64,000 bases of DNA, taken from Alphaproteobacteria bacterium (lineage in GTDB: Bacteria; Pseudomonadota; Alphaproteobacteria; JACZXZ01). The stretch is taken from the NCBI GenBank assembly GCA_052143835.1, contig JBKQRV010000093.1, positions 69,387-133,386 on the forward strand. The letters run 5' to 3'. How positions within the stretch are numbered: position 1 is the first letter of the stretch; every line of letters begins with the position of its first letter. The position numbers and the translations under genes are program-made. Below the pieces are notes generated by a model. It did no database searches. It was given only the letters and a program-made list of their open reading frames with translations, and was not told where the DNA came from. This document shows positions 1-8,996 of the stretch, piece after piece.

Positions 1-1959
1 CTGCGCCTTGCCCCCGAGCAGGTCGTCTGGTTCGGTCCCGGCGATTCGCGCGACTACCTGCTCTATGCGCTCGCCCGGCTCGCCCACAGCGACGTGTCCT
101 TCCTCGGGCCCATGCAGGAGGACCTGGTCCTCGAGATGCAGAAATGGTTCAGCGAGCACGGTCGCAGCATCGGTGTCGCCGCCTCTGATGTAACGGACGG
201 GTGGGAGACCGCGCGCGCGATCGAGGCCCTCGTGGACGAGCGCACCAATGCCTATTTCACCACCGGCAACGGCCTCGTGCAGCGGGCATTGCCTTTTCAG
301 GACGTTCCGGTCGCCTCCGCCTATGAGCAAAGCCTAGGCTATCTCTATTATCTGCTGTGGACCCGCTACGTCAGCGCGGGGCACGCGGCGGCCCAGTCGA
401 TCAACATCACCGGCCTGGAGGCGCTTTATCCGGAGCGGCTGGCGCTCCTCGGCGTGCGCTATGTCGTGGCCCGCGACAGCAAGTTCTACGAGCGGCCTCC
501 GCTCGAGCGGGTCATGGGCTGGCACGGCTACTCGGTCTATGCCTTGCGTGACCCGAATATCTCGGGGTACCGCGTAAGCGGGATCGAGTTCGGCGACACG
601 CTCGCCGACGAGCTGAGGCTGATGCGGCGCCACGGCTTCGATCCGCGGCGGACGGCCGTCCTTCCCGCGAGCGAGCGAGGCTCTTTTGAGGGCTCGGCGG
701 GCCGAGGGGCGGGAACTTTGCAAAGCTCGTCGGTCCGACTGGCGCCGAGCGAGCTGATCTTCTCGGCGAAGAGTTCGGAAGGGCAAAGTCTTGTCGTGCT
801 GCCGTTCAACTGGTCGAGATGCTGGCGGCCGGAGTGGCGTCGCGGAGCGGGTCATCTTACCCGTGCGGACGTCGGGCTCATAGGCGTCGCTTTCGCGGGC
901 GACGTCGAGCTGCATTTGAGCTGGACGGCCGGTTACGGCCGAGGGCGGGCGTGTCTGAAGGAGGATGCGGGGTTGGTCAGCGCGGCAAAGCAAGCCGCGA
1001 GCGAGGTCGGCTTCGCCGAGGCATACGAGCCGTTCGACGAGCATTCCCCGCCCTTTGCCGTGGAGCGGCTGACCTTCGCACGTGACAACGACATGGTGGC
1101 GGAGCGCGAGGCTGCGAGGCGCGGCGACATCGAGGCCGCCGTTCCCGCTTACGTCGCCGCGTCGCTTTCGCAAGATGAGCGCGACGGCCGCAGCTGGTCT
1201 CAAGCGGTCGATTGGCGGTTCACGAGGAGCGGGGAGGGCTATGAGTTCTCGGGCCGAAACGGTGGCGGCGCGAGCCTCGTGGTCCTGCCGCTCGCCTATT
1301 CCTATTGCTGGCGGGCCGCCTGGCAGGGACCGGCCGGCGAGCTCGTGCCGGTCGACCGGGATTGGCTTGGCGTGCTCTTCCGAGAGGCGGCCGCGTTGAG
1401 GCTCGATTTTGCATCAGAGGCTCCCGAGGCGGGCTGCTCGCGCCAGGACCGCATAAGGCAGACGGTCTCCGATCTGCTCGACCAAATCGGCGGGAGGACG
1501 GCCGGCGGGCGCTATGCGCTCGGCGAAACGGTCCGCTTTGGCATCGGCGGCGACGCGGAGGCTTATATGACCTCAGGATGGTCGGGACCTGAGGCCTGGG
1601 GGCGATGGTCGGTGGGCAGGACCGCACAACTTGTCCTAAGGGTCGATCCGCCGTCCTCGGGCGACCTGCAATTGGACGCGGTCGTGGGCGCCCTCATCGG
1701 CGGCGCTCGGCAGTCCGTATCGGCGACGATCGCCGTCAACGGCGTCACGGTCGGCGAGTGGCATTTTGCCGGCGGTAGCGGACCCGCCCCCAGGCAAGTC
1801 ATCGTGCCGCGCCATCTGGTGAGCGGAACGGGCGACATGGTCGTCGAGTTCACGGTCGACGATCCCGTGTCTCCCGCGGCGCTCGGCATGTCGAGCGATG
1901 AGCGCGAGCTCGGACTGAGCTTCGCGAGCCTTGCGGTGAAGGCCGCGGACAAGCATTAG
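1..1959 (+). CDS. 5'-truncated paralog (type A) of the giant membrane-protein family; only the C-terminal soluble region is present. It has two YfhO-C-like beta repeats and one GW-PE-WG module.
   Basis: The reading frame is open from nt 1 with no stop, so the gene continues upstream of the window. It aligns at about 65-70% aa identity with the C-terminal 640 aa of ORFs 13798..17472 and 20488..24156. Shared stretches include LVLEM, VPVASxYEQSLGYLYYLLWTRYVSAG, VVLPFNWSxCW and GWSGPEAWGRWSVG. Confidence 0.8.
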   Translation: MRLAPEQVVWFGPGDSRDYLLYALARLAHSDVSFLGPMQEDLVLEMQKWFSEHGRSIGVAASDVTDGWETARAIEALVDERTNAYFTTGNGLVQRALPFQDVPVASAYEQSLGYLYYLLWTRYVSAGHAAAQSINITGLEALYPERLALLGVRYVVARDSKFYERPPLERVMGWHGYSVYALRDPNISGYRVSGIEFGDTLADELRLMRRHGFDPRRTAVLPASERGSFEGSAGRGAGTLQSSSVRLAPSELIFSAKSSEGQSLVVLPFNWSRCWRPEWRRGAGHLTRADVGLIGVAFAGDVELHLSWTAGYGRGRACLKEDAGLVSAAKQAASEVGFAEAYEPFDEHSPPFAVERLTFARDNDMVAEREAARRGDIEAAVPAYVAASLSQDERDGRSWSQAVDWRFTRSGEGYEFSGRNGGGASLVVLPLAYSYCWRAAWQGPAGELVPVDRDWLGVLFREAAALRLDFASEAPEAGCSRQDRIRQTVSDLLDQIGGRTAGGRYALGETVRFGIGGDAEAYMTSGWSGPEAWGRWSVGRTAQLVLRVDPPSSGDLQLDAVVGALIGGARQSVSATIAVNGVTVGEWHFAGGSGPAPRQVIVPRHLVSGTGDMVVEFTVDDPVSPAALGMSSDERELGLSFASLAVKAADKH

Positions 1960-2370
1960 GCCGCGAAAGACCCTCTCCTTGCGCGCATATTGACGGTCCG
2001 CTTGCGCTCTGCCAAGCTGCCCCGTTGGTCTGATGCGGGCGGCTCCTCGAAGGAAGACGGTCGGGCGGAAAGTCGACTTGAGGATGGACCGCGAGGCAAA
2101 TGCACGACGAGGCGCCGGCTTGGCAGCCGCAGCGCCCTCCAAGAACCATCGCTCCCCTCGCAATCTCCTCTGTTTCGGGCTCATGTGCATCTCGCCGGCA
2201 CTACGGTCCGTTTTACATGCTGCGAATCACGATCGCATCGTCTACCACGATAGTTGCCTGGCTAACTTACCGATGATGTTCGCGGTCGCGAAGAACATTA
2301 GGTGCGCCGGCATGCCCGACTTGCTCGGGGGATCGATGAACGGCCGACCAACCCCTTTGCGGAACTGACC

Positions 2371-5300
2371 ATGGACGGGACCGCTCGCCGATCTGACCGT
2401 TCCTGGCAGCTCGCACTGGCGATTCTCTACCTCGGATTCTACGCTTGGATGCTCGTCGCCGGCCACGGCATGCCATATGTCATGGATGCCAACGAGTCCT
2501 TCTCGATCTTCTGGCACGCTTATAATCTTTTTCATTTCAATATCGGAGACTCGCTGGGCATTACGGACGAGTCCTTCAGCCCGCACGCCGCGGCACATCC
2601 CTATCTTTACACCCACCAAGGCAATTTTCCGCGTCTTTTCGGCTTTCTGATCTATGTGCTCGGCGCGCGCACCATCCAATCCCAGGTGGTGGCAACCACG
2701 GCAATCGTCGGGACGGCGGCGCTCGTTCTCGCCTACCGCTATTTCGCACGGATCGCCGAGCCCCGCTTTGCCGTGATCTATTGCGCACTTCTGGCGACCG
2801 ACTACGTTCTCTATGGGCAGTGGCACGTTGTGACGGACCGCGTCTGGTCCGGGCTTTTCGTTTTCGCGCTCTTGAGCTGTCTGCACGATGCGGGGGGCGA
2901 GCGGCGGCGTCGAGCGCTCGCGTTCCTCTTCTTGATCGGAGCCGGTCTGTTCTACAACGAGCTGGCGTTCGCCGGAATGCTGTCGATTGCCGGCGCGCTT
3001 TACGCCGTCATGATGTTCTGGCGGCGCCCGGCGTTGGCGCTAAGCGCGATCGCGAGCTTTGTCGCAGGCGGGCTCTCGGCCTTGACAATCTTGTTCGCTC
3101 AGTTGAGCGCGCGCTTCGGCACCAGTGCCGTCTTGACGGATCTCTTCTATACCTTCGCCGCCCGCAACTTCGCCGACGACCCGGCCGGTCGCGAGGCTGT
3201 CCGCTCGTTCTTCGAGACGCACAAGATCGCCTTTTGGCCGCAATACGTCAACGGCGACCTCTATCGCAATCTCAAGGAATTCATTTTCTCCCTCAGCCAC
3301 TACGACCTGCAAGTCTACACGCCGATTTTCTGCCTGGTCACGGGGCTGTTGCTCGCGGGATGGGGTCTCGGGGCCGCCCGCACCAAATCTGCAATGCTCG
3401 AGCCGTCGGCGGAGCGCGTGCGGAACGACCCACCGCAGGCCCGATCGCCCGGACAGCGCGCGACCGACCTTGTTCTCCTCATTCATCTCGCGGGCGCGCT
3501 TTTTCTCGTCCTGCGGCCGATCGCGATTGGCGAGGGCGTGTTCGCGCTCTATCCGGCATCCGTTGCGCGTGGCGGTGCGCCGACGGGCCTTCACGTCTCG
3601 CCGGGAACGATCGTCGCCGCGCTGGCCGCGATCGCCGGCGCATTGTCGATCGTCAAGGCGAGCACTGGAAGCTGGTGGGCGACGACCCGGCTGTCGCCCT
3701 GGGCGGCGTTGAGGCTGTTGGCGCTCCTCATCGTGACGGGGGCCGCCCTGGGTTGGCAAAGACTGCTCTATCAGGGCGGCGGAGGGGGGGAACTCGCTGA
3801 CATCTGGATGGTTCCGCTAGCGGCACCCTGGGCGCGAACCGCAGCGCGTTTGGCCGTGGCAACCGCCCTCGTCGTGGCGATCTTCATGGCAATGGGCGGC
3901 GAACGCGCACTCATCGCACGCTCATGTAAAGACATCTTCGCGCGGATCGCACGCTTCGTCATCGCCGGGCTCGCCGGCTACGCCGTGGTCTATTGGCTAT
4001 CGCCGGGCATCGTCTTGAGCGGCTTTCAGTGGCGTTATGCACCCTTCGTCGTCTTTTTCCTTTGTGCGGTGCCGGCCTCGGCGTTCTATCTGCTTGTTCT
4101 CGCAACGGGGCGGCTGCGCGCCGTCTGGCATGAGGGGCATGCCGGCGAAACCGCGATGAGCCTTGCCGCGGCGGGCTTGCTGTTGGCAGGGCTCAGCTAT
4201 TGGGTCGGTCTGCAGCTGAGCTATGTGCGGCTCTTGCCGCCTGACCATGGCAGCTTCTTCCGGCGGCTCGCCGCCCCGCCTTTCCGCGGCCACAGCTTCG
4301 TCGCCAACAGCTACACCGCGCCGCTGACGGCTTTCACCGACGAGTGGGGGTACGCGGATACCGTGATCGGCAAGGGCGGCGTCGTGCTGACCTCGGAGGG
4401 CTATGTGCTTCATCGTGATATGCGCTCCTACCTCTGGTTCGCGGACCGGGGCCGCAATCCCGCCTATGCCTTCCCGGACTTTTATGCATGCTTCGTGCAG
4501 CAGAACCTCGCCAGCGCTGCGGCGCGACGCGTGGCGAAACAGCACGGCTGGCAACCCGCCGGGGGCTGTTCGACGTTGCCGCTCATTGCCGAGGCCGGCC
4601 GGCCGGGCGCGGTGCTGCGCAATGAGGTGGTCGCCCGCGATGCGCCGGATCGCGACTATTGGGCGGTGATCCGCCTCGATCCGGACTACCCGCCTTTCGT
4701 GCGCACGCTTGAAGCGGCGGTGCAAGCGGATGGAGCCGGCGGGCATCGGGTCGTCTACAGCGCCGCCGCCGGGCAGCAGCAGGGCAAGCCCTTAGTGTCC
4801 CCACTCGCCGAACTCGTGGCCATGCCAGGGGACAGCTCGTGCAAGCTCGATCCTAGGCACCTCGTGACGCTGGCCAAGAGCGAGGACGGCGCGCCGTTTC
4901 CCCTGCCGCCCGATTTCACAGGCACGCTCGCATTGCGCTACACGCCGCGCACGGCCACGCGAGCCGGCCAATCGGTGCTTTCGCGACCGTGGCGAGTGAC
5001 GCCGGCCGGAGCCGAGCCTTGCCCCTGGCCGACCGTCGATTACAGCTTCGCCGAGTCTGGCTCGTCGTCGACGTGGCTGTTGGACGGCTGGGGCGATCCC
5101 GAGCCCTGGGGTACTTGGACGGTCGGGCCGGCGGCGCGGCTCGTGCCGGATATTCACACGCTTCCCGACCACGGATTGGTGCTGACGATCATGGCTACAC
5201 CTTTCGTGACGCCGGTGCATCCCTCCGTCGAGGCTTCGCTCCAGGTCAACGGTGTGGCTGTCGGGCACCTGGTTTTTGCTCTCGGTCTTCCCGATCGGCC

Positions 5301-5925
5301 CCGCTCAGTTTTCGTTCCGAGGGCGGCATTGGAGCGCAATATGCCGCCCGAAGTACGTCTTGTCATAACGGATCCGGCATCGCCGCTGGCGCTCGGCATG
5401 TCTTCCGACGAAAGGCTGCTTGGGTTGGGACTGCGCCGGATGCAGTTGGCCGAGGGAGTGGAGCAGCCGGCAATGCTCGTCGAGCCGGGCGAGGATCTCG
5501 ATTTCTCGGCCGGCGGCCATGCCGTCGCGGCCCTGGGAGAGGGATGGATCGCGGCCGAGCCCAGGGGGAGCTGGAGCATTGGCCACACCGCGGACATCCG
5601 GTTCAGGCTCGCCCACCCGATCGGCGGCGATGCAGTGCTGCGGATCGTGGGCGCACCCCTCTTGGCCGCGCGCCGCACCACGGCCTCGGTCGACCTCGCT
5701 GTCAACGGCAGCGCCGTTGGCTCGATCCAGTATCGCCTCGGCGAACAGGAGAGCGAACGGGTTATCAAGATCCCCGGCGCGGCTTTGGCACAGTCGGCGC
5801 AATCGGTGGTCTCGCTTACCCTGCACATGTCCGACGCGAGATCGCCGAAGGAGCTCGGCCTTTCCGACGATCCGCGCCCTTTGGGGTTCTTCCTGCGCCG
5901 GCTGCGGCTCGATCCTGTGCAGTGA
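2371..5925 (+). CDS. Giant polytopic membrane protein (type B). It has an N-terminal domain of about 600 aa with 12 or more TM segments, a periplasmic-type soluble region, and two tandem GW-x2-PE-x-WG-x-W-x-G modules at the C-terminus.
   Basis: ORF 2302..5925. ATG at 2371 (MDGTARR) is preferred over the upstream alternative start. Hydrophobic helices run through about aa 640. The two module copies are GWGDPEPWGTWTVG...SPLALGMSSDERLLGLGL and GEGWIAAEPRGSWSIG...SPKELGLSDDPRPLGFFL. Confidence 0.75.
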   Translation: MDGTARRSDRSWQLALAILYLGFYAWMLVAGHGMPYVMDANESFSIFWHAYNLFHFNIGDSLGITDESFSPHAAAHPYLYTHQGNFPRLFGFLIYVLGARTIQSQVVATTAIVGTAALVLAYRYFARIAEPRFAVIYCALLATDYVLYGQWHVVTDRVWSGLFVFALLSCLHDAGGERRRRALAFLFLIGAGLFYNELAFAGMLSIAGALYAVMMFWRRPALALSAIASFVAGGLSALTILFAQLSARFGTSAVLTDLFYTFAARNFADDPAGREAVRSFFETHKIAFWPQYVNGDLYRNLKEFIFSLSHYDLQVYTPIFCLVTGLLLAGWGLGAARTKSAMLEPSAERVRNDPPQARSPGQRATDLVLLIHLAGALFLVLRPIAIGEGVFALYPASVARGGAPTGLHVSPGTIVAALAAIAGALSIVKASTGSWWATTRLSPWAALRLLALLIVTGAALGWQRLLYQGGGGGELADIWMVPLAAPWARTAARLAVATALVVAIFMAMGGERALIARSCKDIFARIARFVIAGLAGYAVVYWLSPGIVLSGFQWRYAPFVVFFLCAVPASAFYLLVLATGRLRAVWHEGHAGETAMSLAAAGLLLAGLSYWVGLQLSYVRLLPPDHGSFFRRLAAPPFRGHSFVANSYTAPLTAFTDEWGYADTVIGKGGVVLTSEGYVLHRDMRSYLWFADRGRNPAYAFPDFYACFVQQNLASAAARRVAKQHGWQPAGGCSTLPLIAEAGRPGAVLRNEVVARDAPDRDYWAVIRLDPDYPPFVRTLEAAVQADGAGGHRVVYSAAAGQQQGKPLVSPLAELVAMPGDSSCKLDPRHLVTLAKSEDGAPFPLPPDFTGTLALRYTPRTATRAGQSVLSRPWRVTPAGAEPCPWPTVDYSFAESGSSSTWLLDGWGDPEPWGTWTVGPAARLVPDIHTLPDHGLVLTIMATPFVTPVHPSVEASLQVNGVAVGHLVFALGLPDRPRSVFVPRAALERNMPPEVRLVITDPASPLALGMSSDERLLGLGLRRMQLAEGVEQPAMLVEPGEDLDFSAGGHAVAALGEGWIAAEPRGSWSIGHTADIRFRLAHPIGGDAVLRIVGAPLLAARRTTASVDLAVNGSAVGSIQYRLGEQESERVIKIPGAALAQSAQSVVSLTLHMSDARSPKELGLSDDPRPLGFFLRRLRLDPVQ

Positions 5926-6111
5926 GGGGCGGCAGTCGCATGTGAGCGGAAATCAATTACGTTGGGCTGGCGAGACGTTTCATGGTTCCCGCTCCAGTCC
6001 ATTGACGGGTCAGCTACCCTCTGCCAAGTTGGCTCGATCCGGTACAGGCGATTTTTATTTGGAGCGAGTTGCGATCGCGGGCGGGAGTATAGACGAGCGA
6101 CACTTGAGTTA

Positions 6112-8481
6112 ATGATGGCCCTGGAGTCACGCGCGCGACACATGTCCAGTGCGGCATTCGTGCCTTTTTCGGAAGTCCGTGCCGCTCGAGGCGATCCGTG
6201 GTGCTTCGGCCTCATGATCGGCGTCCTGGCGCTGTGGCTGATCGTCCACGGCCTATTTTGGGGGCGCCTCATTTACCATGACGCCTGGATGTACAACTTT
6301 CCAAAGATGCTCGGCATTTCGAAGGGCATGGCCTGCGCCGGCCTGCCGGAATGGCTCGGAAAAATCGACTCCGGAACGCCGGTCAGCATCTATACCACTA
6401 GCGACACCATTACCAATCCGCTCCGGCTTGCTCTGCTTTTCTTCATGAGCTGCTTGAAGCCGAGCGTTGAGGCCGCGGTCTATCTCCAAAAGGCGCATAT
6501 CTTCATTTTCTATCTGTGGCTGGCCTCAAGCATGTATGTGATGGGTCGCGTCCTGTTCCGGCACCAGTTGTCGGCCGTTTATCTCTTCGCGGCCACCCTC
6601 TTCGCCGGATTATGCATGCAGACCGCGCACTCCGACCAAGCGGCGGCCATTCTGTTCTGGTTGCCCTGGATCGTGATCTGCCTCGTGAAATTTCACCGCC
6701 AGAAAGCGGAGAGGCAAGCGCACTGGTACTTGAATGCCGCCGCCCTCTTCGTGGCGCTTCAATCGCTTGACCAATCCCCCCATTTTATCGTCTTTGCCGC
6801 CGGGCTCGCATTGATCCTCTACGCCGTGATGTGCCCGCAAGCGCTCCTAGCTGGACTGCGCCTGCACTGGTTGCGTCTCTGGCCCGCGGCATTCTTGCTG
6901 CTGCTGACCGCCGCCCATTTGCATTTCTTGCTGGGCGAAATCGCTGGCTATATTCCCTCTGTGCGACGCGGTTTGAACCTCGTCCCTTCCGAGATCGGCC
7001 AAAACGCGTTGGTCCAGCCGACGGCATTGATCGGTGCCGTCTTTCCGCTCAGCTTTACGGTCGCATACGATTCGCTGGAGTTCGGCCTCCGCACCTGGCT
7101 GGCGGGGATCGGCGTGTCGGGGGGGAGCCGATTCATCTATCGACTCGATGTGCTGATGTTCTTCGTAGGGATCGTCCCAGGCCTGTTGGCCACGGTCTTT
7201 CTCCTGCGCCCGGGCTGCGGGCGGTTGCGCGCCGGGTGGGGGCTGTTCGCGCTGCTCTGCCTGCTTGTGCCGATGCAGGACACCCGACTTTATCTGCTAC
7301 TGTTCCATCTTCCCTTCTTCAATTTGTTTCGCAGCTATCTGTTGCTTTTCCTCTTCGGCCTCTTCGCGGTGCTCGTGATGAGCGGTTTCGGCATGGATGC
7401 GCTGCTCACGCTCGCTTTCGCGGAGCGCCGCCGCTTGATCTGTCAAGCGCTTCTCCTTGGGGCCGTGCTAGCAGCGGACGCGGCGGTCGCATTCGGATGG
7501 CTGCTCTCGCTCCCGGACACTTACACCGCGCTGCCCCGCACGGCCGTGCTTGACATCCTGATTCTCTTGGCCGGCTTCGGCGCGCTGGCCTGGGGCGTCC
7601 TTCGCGCCGGCGATATCCATCGCGGGATGTTCGCGGTCGTTGTCGTGCTCGTGGCGTCGCAGGCCCTGTATCAAGTGGAAGTTTACCGCATCGTGGGCAT
7701 CCCCGTGGCGCAGGTCATCGACCTCTTTGGCCTCGACGCGGCGGATCGGACCCCGCTTCCGGCCGCCACCGTGCGCGACCCCAACGTGCTTACGCGCAAG
7801 CTTTGTGCGCGCTTCGCCGAATGTTATCTCTCGACTCATGACACGGCATCGCTCAACCGCGACCTGCAAGGCACGTTTCTGCGCAGCCGAGAGGAGGCCG
7901 TGTTCCAGCCCGGCCTCGCGCGCCCGGTGATCGAGGCGCTGAGCGCGGTCGGCCATCCCGTCTTCTGGACAAGCCGTGGTGCCGCTAGCTATGTCGATGC
8001 TGCCGAGCTTACCCGGCGGCTCAACGCCCAATCCTCGCGAATCGCCGAGCATCTGAGCGAGGTGGTCTACGTTCGTCCCGACGACCTCGAGCGGCTCGGG
8101 CCATTGCCGAGCAGGGCGAACGACGCCGTGCTGTCCGATCTCTCGCGCGGCATCGATTGGGTGCGCTTGTCCTATGGCGCTGCATCGCCTTTCTACCTGA
8201 ACGCCGCCATCGCTTACGATCCCCATTGGCGGGCGACGGTGGGAGGCAGGGCGGCGACCGTGGTGCGCGGCAACTTCGGCGGCCTCGTGCTCGCCGTGCC
8301 CGCCGGTTCCGGGGCCATCGAATTTCGCTACGTCAATCGCGCGAGCCAGCTTTTCTTCGCCTCGAGGATGATCATGGGCCTGGCAGGCCTCGCCGCTGCG
8401 GCCTGGCTTGTCTTCGCACGGTACGAGCGTCGCCTGGCCGAGGGAGGGCGGGTCGAAAACCGAGGCGGCGGCGGCGCATGA
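6112..8481 (+). CDS. YfhO-like polytopic membrane protein (type C, about 790 aa), a putative GT-C-type glycosyltransferase.
   Basis: ORF 5962..8481, with ATG at 6112 (MMALESR). It has more than 12 predicted TM helices. The C-terminal YDPHWRATVGGRAATVVRGNFGGLVLAVPAGSGAIEFRY is followed by a terminal TM helix (MIMGLAGLAAAAWLVF). This matches the YfhO-family C-terminal signature as I remember it. Confidence 0.6.
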   Translation: MMALESRARHMSSAAFVPFSEVRAARGDPWCFGLMIGVLALWLIVHGLFWGRLIYHDAWMYNFPKMLGISKGMACAGLPEWLGKIDSGTPVSIYTTSDTITNPLRLALLFFMSCLKPSVEAAVYLQKAHIFIFYLWLASSMYVMGRVLFRHQLSAVYLFAATLFAGLCMQTAHSDQAAAILFWLPWIVICLVKFHRQKAERQAHWYLNAAALFVALQSLDQSPHFIVFAAGLALILYAVMCPQALLAGLRLHWLRLWPAAFLLLLTAAHLHFLLGEIAGYIPSVRRGLNLVPSEIGQNALVQPTALIGAVFPLSFTVAYDSLEFGLRTWLAGIGVSGGSRFIYRLDVLMFFVGIVPGLLATVFLLRPGCGRLRAGWGLFALLCLLVPMQDTRLYLLLFHLPFFNLFRSYLLLFLFGLFAVLVMSGFGMDALLTLAFAERRRLICQALLLGAVLAADAAVAFGWLLSLPDTYTALPRTAVLDILILLAGFGALAWGVLRAGDIHRGMFAVVVVLVASQALYQVEVYRIVGIPVAQVIDLFGLDAADRTPLPAATVRDPNVLTRKLCARFAECYLSTHDTASLNRDLQGTFLRSREEAVFQPGLARPVIEALSAVGHPVFWTSRGAASYVDAAELTRRLNAQSSRIAEHLSEVVYVRPDDLERLGPLPSRANDAVLSDLSRGIDWVRLSYGAASPFYLNAAIAYDPHWRATVGGRAATVVRGNFGGLVLAVPAGSGAIEFRYVNRASQLFFASRMIMGLAGLAAAAWLVFARYERRLAEGGRVENRGGGGA

Positions 8482-8489
8482 CGGCGCTT

Positions 8490-8640
8490 GGCCATCCTCC
8501 GGAGCCGGGCCGGCAGGTGGGGCCGACGCTTCTTTTGTCGGCCAATACCCCTGGCTCCTCGTTGCCGGCCAGGACATGCCCCGCGTCATGGGCGGCGATG
8601 AATTCTCCTCGATCCTTTGGCATGCTCACCGCGCGGCGCG
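8490..8640 (+). pseudogene. Degenerate remnant of the N-terminus of a type-B paralog.
   Basis: Translating ORF 8408..8791 gives YPWLLVAGQDMPRVMGGDEFSSILWHAH. This parallels the type-B N-terminus YAWMLVAGHGMPYVMDANESFSIFWHAY at 2440-2530. The fragment is frame-broken and has no following gene body. Confidence 0.5.
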
Positions 8641-8996
8641 GACGCGTGCGAATGCCTCGGATTTGATCGAGATGCCGCAGTTCGAGTATGGACGAGCGAT
8701 TTCGGCAAGCGTAAAAGAGCGCCGGCAATCTCCTTACCCGATTTGCAGCGGCTGGACGAGAGGGTACGACATGGACGACCAAGAGGCATGAGGATAGTGG
8801 GCGCATCGAGCCTGAGCGGCGATCCTCCAATGACGAGCCAATTCAGCGCTGGGCGTCTTTGTTGTCCATGATTTTGCCAGGCCCAATCTCGGCCCTTCAA
8901 CGCATCATGAGAGGACTGCGTGCGCCTTGGCCGGCGATCGGCGGTCGGTTGCCGAGCGTGGCATCGGCATCGCCTCGGTCGTTGGCGTGGGACCGC

